A stretch of 42,302 nt of DNA, taken from the IMG/VR virus record IMGVR_UViG_2713896905_000008. One strand, written 5' to 3'. Positions 28,585 through 36,756 of the stretch are shown here, one piece after another. The stretch's first letter is position 1; each line of letters begins with the position of its first letter. A program made the translations under genes and the position numbers. Under the pieces are notes generated by a model. That model saw only the letters and a list, made by a program, of their open reading frames with translations. It made no database searches and was not told where the DNA came from. This stretch comes from a virus. Its lineage: Duplodnaviria > Heunggongvirae > Uroviricota > Caudoviricetes.

Positions 28585-29799
28585 ATGACAATTGCTGATG
28601 ACTTATCAAGATTAGCGCAGATTATTAACGGAGCCTCAAGCAGAGTTGAGGGCTACTACACTGTCATAAGTCTTGAAGAAAGCATTGTTATTGTAAATAG
28701 TTCTGAAATAATTAGACTGTTACAATCTATAGGTTATAAAAAGGCAACAAACTGCATCGAAAATAATGAAATTTGGCTAGATCGCCAAGCTTCATCTTGG
28801 GATGACGCTATAATTTATGAGAATGTTGAGTCTTTTTGGTCTAGAGTAAACACCCAAAACGCTCTTCCGAAAAATTATATCATCGGAACGCCGTTAATAC
28901 TCCCTACTTCTAAGAATGAAAGCATCGAAAAAATCCATATTTTCTTTATGTGGAAAGATATCCTTTCATTAATTGCTGATCATCATAACAGTGACTGCTC
29001 TGTCTTATTTTTCACCAATGAAGACAAAAGTTATACAGTCGAACTCACGCATTTTTTACAATATAGCGAGATTAATCGCTTATCGAACTCGTCTCTTAAA
29101 TATGAAATTATAAAGGAGCTTCTCGACACAATAAAAATCAATGATTTACACAAAAGCGAGCGCAAGCTCGTTATACGTTCAGCCATAAACGAAGTATTTA
29201 AAGCAAATGGTACATTCAATTTCTTTGACTTGCTTAACTCTACTGAACTCGTCAGAAAAAAATATGATGAACTATATGAGATTTACACAAAGAGGTTTTC
29301 TGTAAATAAAATTCTTAACGAACTCGATGAGAAAAATCTTGAGTTCACGAGTAAAATTAACGAATTCATATCATCTAATCAGACAAAAGCATTGACTATT
29401 CCCGGTGCATTAATAGCAGCTGGTGGCTTAGTGAAGGCTAATGAAACAACCGAAGCAATATTGATTATCGCAGGACTTTGGATGATAAAAAAAGTCAATT
29501 ACATTTCTATTGAGATATTCAATGAAACATTCGACAACTTACGTTCTCGAGTGGAGTCCGCTTTCGATAAGTATTTAAAGTTTGAAGAAAATAAAGAAAT
29601 CAAAGATAATGCAGATAGTATTAAGAGTAGCATTACAGGTTTGATTGATAAAGCTAAAAAAAGGATGAGAACTGTTAAATATCTCGCATCAGCCATGTTT
29701 TATGGAGGCCTTATTTACGTTGGATATAAACAGTTCCCAGTCTTTTTTGAAAAATCGGCAGTAAATCTATTTTATTTTTTATGCCATACTATAAGCTAA
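28585..29799 (+). CDS. protein with C-terminal two-helix membrane anchor; second gene of the cargo pair
   Basis: 404 aa, starts 2 nt after the upstream stop. Hydrophobic helices ALTIPGALIAAGGLV...AILIIAGLWMI and YLASAMFYGGLIYVGY. No enzymatic motif recognised. 3' end overlaps the Q gene stop convergently. Confidence 0.6.
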   Translation: MTIADDLSRLAQIINGASSRVEGYYTVISLEESIVIVNSSEIIRLLQSIGYKKATNCIENNEIWLDRQASSWDDAIIYENVESFWSRVNTQNALPKNYIIGTPLILPTSKNESIEKIHIFFMWKDILSLIADHHNSDCSVLFFTNEDKSYTVELTHFLQYSEINRLSNSSLKYEIIKELLDTIKINDLHKSERKLVIRSAINEVFKANGTFNFFDLLNSTELVRKKYDELYEIYTKRFSVNKILNELDEKNLEFTSKINEFISSNQTKALTIPGALIAAGGLVKANETTEAILIIAGLWMIKKVNYISIEIFNETFDNLRSRVESAFDKYLKFEENKEIKDNADSIKSSITGLIDKAKKRMRTVKYLASAMFYGGLIYVGYKQFPVFFEKSAVNLFYFLCHTIS

Positions 29800-30150
29800 C
29801 ATTGCTAAACAGCCGTCAACAAACCCCATGGCAGTCTGCAATTCCTTCCTAATTGTGCCATCTGAACATCTTCTCTTCTTGGCAATAGTGCGTAATGAGA
29901 TACCAATAACAAAGTGAGCTATGAGCAGCTCATATTCCTCTGGTTTATACTTTCGCAACCGAGCCACACAACCGTCTATCATGATGCCTTCATCATCATC
30001 ACACTGGAGACGTGACTTTTTACCGTGTGGTAAAAGTCCCTTGAAACCAGCCGCTATCGGCTGCCAGTCCACACCACTATTTTCTGCTGCAGCCCATGCT
30101 CCCCAGCGGTCCAATACTTCATACATATCACGCATCAACTTTCTCCACAA
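29779..30150 (-). CDS. late-gene antiterminator Q (QuuD / phage-82 type)
   Basis: 123 aa matching the QuuD family as I recall it (LDRWGAWAA...SIAAGFKGL...CDDD...CSDG). Confidence 0.8.
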   Translation of the reverse strand: MWRKLMRDMYEVLDRWGAWAAAENSGVDWQPIAAGFKGLLPHGKKSRLQCDDDEGIMIDGCVARLRKYKPEEYELLIAHFVIGISLRTIAKKRRCSDGTIRKELQTAMGFVDGCLAMLAYSMA

Positions 30151-30152
30151 AA

Positions 30153-31148
30153 TCAGGCCAGCACGCCAATTGCCAGCGCACGATCGATAAAACGAAATAT
30201 CAGCTCCAGCTGGGAGCCATACTTCTCTTCAAATGCCACGGTATCCGCATGCAGCTCGTCGTGATGCTTTCTGCACAAAGGCAACACAAAAAGGTCATGC
30301 GCTTTTGTTCCCATTCCACCCTGACCGTAACCTATCAGGTGATGGGGATCATCAGCGGGCCTTCCACAACATGCACACGGCTGTGTCTTAACCCAGCGCG
30401 TGTACTTTTCATTAACCCAGCGGCGACGTTTGGGGCGTAACATAAAAGACTCCGGCGACTCCGGATCCACTTTCAGCGCCAGCACCTTTTTCGCCTTATC
30501 CAGGATGATGCTGGTGGCAGGAACCGAAGGCACAAGGTCACTTTCCCGGGTGACAGACGGCACAACAGGCTTCGGTAATCTCAGTGCCTTACGGGCTGCA
30601 CTTTCCGGTAAGGCATCCGCCAGATCATTACGAATCAGCCACCAGCACAGTTCCGGCATTGTCACAACGTGACTGTCATCAAAACCGAGATCCCGACGCA
30701 CAACAGACAACACCCAGCGGGCACAGTTATCCGTTGCCATTGTTTCCAGCCGTTCCGTGAACTGATCGCGCAGCTGGTTATCGCAGTGCCAGCACAGACG
30801 GATTGCGCCCGGAGCGTGCCGCATTGTGGTCATGTTCTCGCTGTGCCAGTCGGAATGAGGCCACTGACAGCCCTTTTCACGAAGTAACCAGCTTTCAAGA
30901 CATTCCACGCCACCAGCACGACGGATCACTGCCTCATAGCGGAACACGGCCCGAACGGCAGGATCATCCGCCAGCGGTTGTGATGCCGCCGGAACGGCAC
31001 CACTGGCGAAAGATGAATAACGTTCTGGCTCAGGCTCCAGCAGGACACGCCCCTGCATAAACAGGGGCATCAGCTCTGTACCTGGTCTGAACAATACGAT
31101 CCCCATACGCGGGGCAATTTCAGGGGTCAGTAGTGCTCTCACGGTCAC
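30153..31148 (-). CDS. DUF968-like protein with C-terminal HNH-type Cys/His motif
   Basis: 331 aa; C-terminus CACCGRPADDPHHL...LCRKHHDELH; nin-region position. Confidence 0.5.
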   Translation of the reverse strand: MTVRALLTPEIAPRMGIVLFRPGTELMPLFMQGRVLLEPEPERYSSFASGAVPAASQPLADDPAVRAVFRYEAVIRRAGGVECLESWLLREKGCQWPHSDWHSENMTTMRHAPGAIRLCWHCDNQLRDQFTERLETMATDNCARWVLSVVRRDLGFDDSHVVTMPELCWWLIRNDLADALPESAARKALRLPKPVVPSVTRESDLVPSVPATSIILDKAKKVLALKVDPESPESFMLRPKRRRWVNEKYTRWVKTQPCACCGRPADDPHHLIGYGQGGMGTKAHDLFVLPLCRKHHDELHADTVAFEEKYGSQLELIFRFIDRALAIGVLA

Positions 31149-31149
31149 C

Positions 31150-31947
31150 TCAATGAACGGTATCGAGCAGCTTTAACAGCTCAGGGAATCGGGATTCGAA
31201 GAAATGCGGCTGCGTCTCGCGTGGATTTGCAGGACTGGTGATGTTCTTGCCGAACATGCAGCCTTTCGCTGTCAGCGACCAGAATTTTTTGATGTTGTTA
31301 ATCGCGGTACGGCTGTATCGTTCGCGCTGCTCGACGATCCCCAGCTTCGCCATCTGGTGATATGCCTGATTAGCCGTCAGGCAGATACCATACTGTTTCA
31401 GCAGTGCACTCAGTGACAGTGTCGGGCGACTTGAGCCATCGTGTGCATCAGCAGGAGCATCAATGGCATAGCGCGGTGCCAGATTCGGTAAGCCAACAGC
31501 CTCCTGGAGTTTCTGACAGGCACCAAGCACTGAAGAGTTAGACAGGTTTAACTCCCGGCGCATAAAGTCCAGCAGGATCACGCCAGCCTGCATCTTGTCA
31601 GCAGCCTGCCCGGATAATTTTTCCGGTGCGCTGGTTACCATGTCGAAAGTACGGATCACCTTCAGATGGAATGACGGGCTGATCCACATTGCATAGGCAT
31701 ACACCAGTTCTTTGCAGACATACGTCCCCTGGTTATTTCCGCCACGAATAACGTTAACTGGCTCTATATTGACCGAGTTGCAAATCTGCAACTCGCTTAT
31801 TAAACGCTCAGTTTGCTCATTGCGGAGCCAGAATGCAGGCTTATGCTTATCCAGAGAACCAGCAGCCCTGTGCAGATCGTTCAGGCTGTAACGCCCATAA
31901 GCATCACGACGAACTTCAATACCATCAATAACCATCAGATTATTCAT
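31150..31947 (-). CDS. KilA-N domain protein (putative)
   Basis: N-terminal MVIDGIEVRRDAYGRYSLNDLHRAAG...PAFWL resembles KilA-N; 265 aa. Confidence 0.5.
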   Translation of the reverse strand: MNNLMVIDGIEVRRDAYGRYSLNDLHRAAGSLDKHKPAFWLRNEQTERLISELQICNSVNIEPVNVIRGGNNQGTYVCKELVYAYAMWISPSFHLKVIRTFDMVTSAPEKLSGQAADKMQAGVILLDFMRRELNLSNSSVLGACQKLQEAVGLPNLAPRYAIDAPADAHDGSSRPTLSLSALLKQYGICLTANQAYHQMAKLGIVEQRERYSRTAINNIKKFWSLTAKGCMFGKNITSPANPRETQPHFFESRFPELLKLLDTVH

Positions 31948-31966
31948 ACTTCGTTTCTCCTCTTAA

Positions 31967-32356
31967 TCAGGCGGCTGCACCCGCCGGTTTCTCATACTTA
32001 CTGATAGTGATCTCGACCTTCCCTTCCGGGATAACCGGTCCCCACTCCACCAGCATTCTTTTCACCTGACTGTCGTCTTCCCACCCCCCCGCGTGGGTCA
32101 GGGCGTCAAACAGCGCCTTGTTATAGTTGTCCAGATCGCGGATCCTGTTATCCGGAGGAAACAACACGATCTCCACTGAAGCAGGTGCCGACGTTGGTTT
32201 CGGCAGACGACGTAACTGTTCAACTATTGCTGCGCACGCCGCGCTCTGGAATTTTCGCCCCGCCGCGCTTATCAGGCTCTTACCTGCAAACGCCCCTTTG
32301 TTGGGGTGTCGCCAGTACGTGTTCACGCTGGGCGGAAACGGCAGAATCAGCTTCAT
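31967..32356 (-). CDS. rusA: RusA-family Holliday-junction resolvase (intact copy)
   Basis: 129 aa with PPSVNTYWR and DLDNYNKALFDALTHAGGWEDDSQV, parallel to the RusA catalytic region. Confidence 0.75.
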   Translation of the reverse strand: MKLILPFPPSVNTYWRHPNKGAFAGKSLISAAGRKFQSAACAAIVEQLRRLPKPTSAPASVEIVLFPPDNRIRDLDNYNKALFDALTHAGGWEDDSQVKRMLVEWGPVIPEGKVEITISKYEKPAGAAA

Positions 32357-32679
32357 ACTTTCAGGCCCCTCTCATGTAACCAGTGGGCTGCACGCAGCCT
32401 GGCGTTTTCCTCACCGGCAAGCAGTGAGCGGATAATCCCGGCCGCCTCGCTGTCGTCGTCCTTCACCGCGGTATGAAGAGTGATACCCCGGGCCACGCCA
32501 CGCTTTATCGTGATGACGCCTTTTTTCTCCAGTGCGCGAAGATGCTCCACCGCTGCATTCACTGAACGGTATCCCAGCATGGTTGCCACCTCCTGATTGG
32601 TTGGCGGAAAGCCACGCTCTTTCTGGTAAGAAATCAGCATATCCAGCACCTGCTGCTGGCATTGAGTTAACGTCGTCAT
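32353..32679 (-). CDS. LexA-like winged-helix DNA-binding protein (no peptidase domain)
   Basis: 108 aa; QQQVLDMLISYQKERGFPPTNQEVATMLGYRSVNAAVEHLRALEKKGVI parallels the LexA N-terminal domain. Confidence 0.55.
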   Translation of the reverse strand: MTTLTQCQQQVLDMLISYQKERGFPPTNQEVATMLGYRSVNAAVEHLRALEKKGVITIKRGVARGITLHTAVKDDDSEAAGIIRSLLAGEENARLRAAHWLHERGLKV

Positions 32680-33362
32680 GCCGCCATCTCCCTGACCAGT
32701 TTTTCTGCCTGCTGGCGAACCTGCGCCAGAAAGGCCTCACCACATGCCTCAAGTTCATCGCGCCCGATGTAGCTGATTGCCGCTCCCTTCCAGGTCTTAT
32801 CGAAAACAGCAATAGCACCAGCGAAGAACGCTCCTGTCGGCACCTGCTTCTCATCCTTCGGGATAAACCAGACAGGCAGTTCAAAACCAATACGCCCGCG
32901 AATAAAAGCAATATGGTCCGCATCTTCCGGCCACCACACTTCGCTGGTGGCAGCTTTGATCAGGAAAACATAGCGCCCGCCCTTATCACGCATGGAACTG
33001 GCATGTTTCATGATGTAACGCATGCCGGTGATGTATTGCCCCTCATGCTGACTGGCGCGGCTGTATGGGGGATTACCAAAGGCAGCACCTTTAAGCTCCG
33101 CAAGACGTTCTGACCAGTCATGCGCCAGCGCGTTATCTTCCGCCGTGTAATACGCGGCACATTTGGCGTTATCACCGTCAGTAAACAGATCCAGAACAAA
33201 CGGGCCAAACAGGGTGTTAATTCCCCAGAAAATGTTGTCCGGCGTGCGCCACTGATCGCCCACTTCCTTCAGTTCATGGGCTGGTTTGTTCCGCAGTTCC
33301 ACCAGCGCCTGGCAATATTTATTACTCATTAAGCCCCCACGTAATTCCCTGACAGATACCAC
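32676..33362 (-). CDS. phage DNA N6-adenine methyltransferase
   Basis: 228 aa with NPPY catalytic motif (AAFGNPPYSRA). Confidence 0.7.
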   Translation of the reverse strand: MVSVRELRGGLMSNKYCQALVELRNKPAHELKEVGDQWRTPDNIFWGINTLFGPFVLDLFTDGDNAKCAAYYTAEDNALAHDWSERLAELKGAAFGNPPYSRASQHEGQYITGMRYIMKHASSMRDKGGRYVFLIKAATSEVWWPEDADHIAFIRGRIGFELPVWFIPKDEKQVPTGAFFAGAIAVFDKTWKGAAISYIGRDELEACGEAFLAQVRQQAEKLVREMAA

Positions 33363-33823
33363 TCTTCACCCGATGCAGCGCGCTTGCTGCTTTTCCGTAA
33401 GCACCGCTCACGACGCGTCAGAAAATTGTTTCGTTCTGGCTGGGAGTGGCTTTCACGGAATGCCGCCATCCACACGGTTGCAGCACGACGGTATAAGCCC
33501 CTTGACTCCAGTTCTTCAGCCTGGCGGGTCAGGCACAAAATCACCCGGGGATCGTTAGTGCCGACATAGAAATTGCGCACAGGTCTGGTTTCTCGAACTG
33601 GTTGTGGTTCCGGTTCCTGCGCTCTCTCAGTCAGGCGCGGGAAATGTCTGCGTGTATCTCCTTCACAACGGTGAGCCACACGCCCACTCTGACGTAACTT
33701 GCTTGCTGACTGCAGAACGCGCTGCCGTGAGTAACCAGCAAAAGCATCCGCAATGTCTCCGGAAGTGCACCCCGGATGGGCTTCAATGAATTTCTGAACG
33801 TCATTTAACAGACTCATGATCAC
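33329..33823 (-). CDS. hypothetical phage protein
   Basis: 164-aa ORF between the replication and methyltransferase genes; Arg-rich. Confidence 0.35.
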   Translation of the reverse strand: MIMSLLNDVQKFIEAHPGCTSGDIADAFAGYSRQRVLQSASKLRQSGRVAHRCEGDTRRHFPRLTERAQEPEPQPVRETRPVRNFYVGTNDPRVILCLTRQAEELESRGLYRRAATVWMAAFRESHSQPERNNFLTRRERCLRKSSKRAASGEEWYLSGNYVGA

Positions 33824-34761
33824 CCCCTAAATCCTGCCGGGATCTGGCTGTAGTCCACGTTGTCGTAACTGGCTTTGAAGTACGGGTCTTCACGTTTTTC
33901 TGTGTGCGTGCTGACGGACGGCGATAAGCGCAGGGAAAGCTCATCCCATTTTTCCCGCAACTTCGACGGGCTGAGCACGTTACGGCACCAGAACGGATCG
34001 CGGCTGACGCGGCTGTACATCTCGCAGATTTGTTTGTGAGTACGACCATCCTGCACACACATCAGGCGAATTTCGTTTGCCCAGGCTGTCCAGTTAGGTT
34101 CTTTGGGACGAACCACCTCGCCGTCACATTCGGCGGCCTGCTCGTACAGGGCGATGATTTTTTTCCAGAGCCACTGTGCGCAGGTCAAATCATCCTGCGT
34201 CCCCCACTGGCGCTTTTTAGGGCTGAATACAACCGCATCAGGATGGCGAGTTAAAAAATCCTGTTCATCCGTCTGCGTGTCCGGTTGCGAAGCGTCCGGA
34301 CGAGAAGGTTTTTTATCTGACGGATCATGTTTTGATTTTACTGACGGATCCCCGCCAGATTCTGACGGGTGAAAACCCGCTTTTTTGCCAGATTTCGACG
34401 CATCAAATTTTGACGGGTCAGATTTTGATGCGTCAGATTTTGACGGGTCAGAATCTGACAGTTGAGAAAATGCCGCTGCCTGAAGCTTCGCAACGTTAAG
34501 CTGATAAACATTCGACGCATTGCGGTTACCCTGGCGACGCGCCTTACGCGTTAACCAGCCTTCTGCTTCCAGCCGTGCGATAGCCGTCCTGACGGTACTC
34601 ATCCCCGCGCCAATCTGACGGGCAATAGTTTCAATTGATGGCCAGCACACACCTTCGTCATTACTGAAATCAGCCAGGCGGGCCATAATTGCCACGCTGG
34701 ATAATTTCATGCCTGACGCTGCGCAACCATCCCATACATAGCCGGTTAATTTAGTGCTCAT
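33820..34761 (-). CDS. replication initiation protein (O-like) containing iterons
   Basis: 313 aa; N-terminal winged-helix-like region; central low-complexity SDSDPSKSDASKSDPSKFDASKS encoded by tandem DNA repeats. Confidence 0.6.
   Translation of the reverse strand: MSTKLTGYVWDGCAASGMKLSSVAIMARLADFSNDEGVCWPSIETIARQIGAGMSTVRTAIARLEAEGWLTRKARRQGNRNASNVYQLNVAKLQAAAFSQLSDSDPSKSDASKSDPSKFDASKSGKKAGFHPSESGGDPSVKSKHDPSDKKPSRPDASQPDTQTDEQDFLTRHPDAVVFSPKKRQWGTQDDLTCAQWLWKKIIALYEQAAECDGEVVRPKEPNWTAWANEIRLMCVQDGRTHKQICEMYSRVSRDPFWCRNVLSPSKLREKWDELSLRLSPSVSTHTEKREDPYFKASYDNVDYSQIPAGFRG
34356..34463. repeat. iteron array (candidate replication origin) inside the replication gene
   Basis: Six or more roughly 15-bp units of CAGATTTTGACGGGT type (CAGATTCTGACGGGT, CAGATTTCGACGCAT, CAAATTTTGACGGGT, CAGATTTTGATGCGT, CAGATTTTGACGGGT, CAGAATCTGACAGTT). 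Confidence 0.6.
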
Positions 34762-34770
34762 GACCGACCT

Positions 34771-35109
34771 CTATTTCCCTGAATTTACGACGAAACTGTT
34801 CGAGCGGGCTGAAGCACTCATGCTCATAGCCTTCACGGAGGTAGATAACCCGTTGTGTTTCCGGCTCCCAACGAATGACTCTGACGGGCACTCCGTAGTG
34901 ATCTTTGAACCAGCGGTTAACTTGTCGCAAAGGACTGTCTCCTTCTGCCGGTTGAAATCACCCACAGCCCACTCAGCAAAGCTGTGGGTTACAATTTCCC
35001 TGTCACCTGGTACATTCACTGCATAGCAATACTCCACCTTCGCTTTTCCACCCGGTACAGGAAGCGCAATCAGTTGCGAGCGACGGTAGTGTGTTGTTAA
35101 ACTGTTCAT
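34771..35109 (-). CDS. hypothetical early protein (YmfM-like by size and position)
   Basis: 112-aa ORF between the CII-like and replication genes. Its C-terminal third also reads plausibly in another frame, so the boundary is uncertain. Confidence 0.4.
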   Translation of the reverse strand: MNSLTTHYRRSQLIALPVPGGKAKVEYCYAVNVPGDREIVTHSFAEWAVGDFNRQKETVLCDKLTAGSKITTECPSESFVGSRKHNGLSTSVKAMSMSASARSNSFVVNSGK

Positions 35110-35696
35110 GCGTTAGTTTCTCCACAACCAGAAGCAATCGACGCCACGACGCCCGGAGCTGCACACTCGCGGGCGTCATTACTTTCTGAAATGCAAAAAA
35201 TTTTGTAGACAAGTGCTGCATGCTCCTGCAGCTTCGAAATTGAGAGGTACAGCTCGTCGTTAATTGCTGTCTTCTCATGCGGTTCCACTACACCGTCTTC
35301 GATTGCTGAACGAATCTGTTTTGAATAACTGCCGATCTGTTCAATGACTTCCAGCAGACGCTGGTTAATATCGGCGTTGTCCACATCCTCGACGTCAGGA
35401 AGAGACACAAAGACGCCATTTGCAGACTGCGCCACAGCGTCAGCAATGAAGTGAGTGCCACCAGCACGTTGTAAAATCATTGCCCATCCCAGCGGGAAAA
35501 TTTGATCGCCATCGGCACGAAGGCGATTAAATAATGCGTTCTCTGTTACATCCAGCCAGTCAGCTGCTTCAGCGTAACCCCCCGGCAACGCTGCGATAGT
35601 TTTTCTGACAGCTTTCACGTACCACTTAGGCTGTTTTTCTACTTTCCAGTGATGCTTACCCACGGCTATCTCCTTAAAACTGTGGTTACTTTTCAT
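35106..35696 (-). CDS. early regulatory protein (YmfL/CII-like, putative)
   Basis: ORF-track span 35106-35768; likely start at MKSNHSFKE. Second gene of the rightward early operon after cro. Confidence 0.45.
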   Translation of the reverse strand: MKSNHSFKEIAVGKHHWKVEKQPKWYVKAVRKTIAALPGGYAEAADWLDVTENALFNRLRADGDQIFPLGWAMILQRAGGTHFIADAVAQSANGVFVSLPDVEDVDNADINQRLLEVIEQIGSYSKQIRSAIEDGVVEPHEKTAINDELYLSISKLQEHAALVYKIFCISESNDARECAAPGVVASIASGCGETNA

Positions 35697-35934
35697 CTGA
35701 TGAATCTTTAATCTTTTGAAAAATATCTGGACGTAATTTTTCTTTTGATATGCCAGTGGTCTTTTCAATGAATATCGAGAGCTTTGCAGGGGGACGCTTT
35801 TCTCTGTTCAACCAGTTCCAGACATGTTGTTGCTTTACTAAATGACCGCTGCTGGCTGTGAGCTTCCGAGCCAATTCTGATTGACCACCAGCCAGAGCGA
35901 TTGCCTCCGATAAGGCTAATTGCTCAGGTGTCAT
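35686..35934 (-). CDS. Cro-like repressor (YdaS-type HTH)
   Basis: 82 aa; helix-turn-helix LSEAIALAGGQSELARKLTASSGHLVKQ; divergent from the CI-like gene across the operator region. Confidence 0.7.
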   Translation of the reverse strand: MTPEQLALSEAIALAGGQSELARKLTASSGHLVKQQHVWNWLNREKRPPAKLSIFIEKTTGISKEKLRPDIFQKIKDSSDEK

Positions 35935-36069
35935 AGCTTTCTCCTTTTTAGGTAGTTAAGTTGTTACGAGTTGCAAGAATACAACATTAACAACTTTTAT
36001 CACAACTTTTAGGTGTTGGAAAGCTAAAACATAAAGTTGTAACCTCATCAAAAAAGAGAGGGATATGTT
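35935..36069. promoter_or_regulatory. OR-like divergent promoter/operator region between cro and cI
   Basis: Multiple copies of the half-site ACAACTT / AAGTTGT (AAGTTGTtacg..., ACAACAttaACAACTTttatcACAACTTtt..., ataAAGTTGTaac) in the 135-bp intergenic region. Confidence 0.6.
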
Positions 36070-36756
36070 GTGAAAACACTGGCAGAACGATTAAAGATAG
36101 GTAGAGAGAAAGCTGGCATGAGCCAAGCTCAACTAGCTGAAAAAATTGGACTTTCACAACAATCTGTAGCCAAAATAGAGAATGGCGAAACTCTACAACC
36201 GCGCAAAATTAAAGAAATTGCAAAAGTTTTAGGTGTATCACAAAAGTGGTTACAACTTGGTATTGAAGACAACGCATCCATACCTGATCTTGTTGTAAAA
36301 GAAGCAGAAAGCACCGCATTAGACCCCGATATTTTCGTAAACATTCCTGTTTTAGATGTCGAGTTATCGGCAGGTAACGGATGTCTGGCTGAAATAGTTG
36401 AATCAGCTATTGACTGGTTTCCGTTAAGAAGAGCAGATTTGAGAAAATCTGGCGTATGTGCATCTAATGCCAAGATCGTAAAAATATGGGGGAACAGTTT
36501 ATTACCGGTTCTCAATAATGGAGATCTTGTTGCCGTTGATATTTCTCAAACCATTCCTATTCGTGATGGCGATCTTTATGCCGTACGAGATGGTGTATTG
36601 CTAAGGGTTAAAATACTTATCAACTTACCTGACGGTGGCTTGATTCTTAGAAGCTTCAACAAAGATGAGTACCCAGATGAAATACTCACCTTTGAAGATA
36701 GACGAGCCAGAATTCATGTTATAGGTAGGGTATTCTGGTCATCGCGAACTTGGTAA
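36070..36756 (+). CDS. CI-like prophage repressor (HTH plus LexA/S24 peptidase-like domain)
   Basis: 228 aa; N-terminal HTH MSQAQLAEKIGLSQQSVAKIENG; C-terminal S24-like region (IWGNSLLPVLNNGDLVAVD). Probable GTG start. Confidence 0.8.
   Translation: MKTLAERLKIGREKAGMSQAQLAEKIGLSQQSVAKIENGETLQPRKIKEIAKVLGVSQKWLQLGIEDNASIPDLVVKEAESTALDPDIFVNIPVLDVELSAGNGCLAEIVESAIDWFPLRRADLRKSGVCASNAKIVKIWGNSLLPVLNNGDLVAVDISQTIPIRDGDLYAVRDGVLLRVKILINLPDGGLILRSFNKDEYPDEILTFEDRRARIHVIGRVFWSSRTW

Noticed and set aside
34356-34463. CRISPR-like array of short direct repeats
   Set aside because: The repeats are contiguous with no spacers, lie inside an open reading frame encoding a low-complexity segment, and fit replication-origin iterons.
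34754-35026. Plus-strand ORF overlapping the YmfM-like gene
   Set aside because: It lies antisense within the rightward early operon; however the coding frame of 34771-35109 is itself uncertain.
36129-36515. Minus-strand ORF inside the CI-like repressor gene
   Set aside because: Antisense overlap with a well-supported repressor gene; no independent support.
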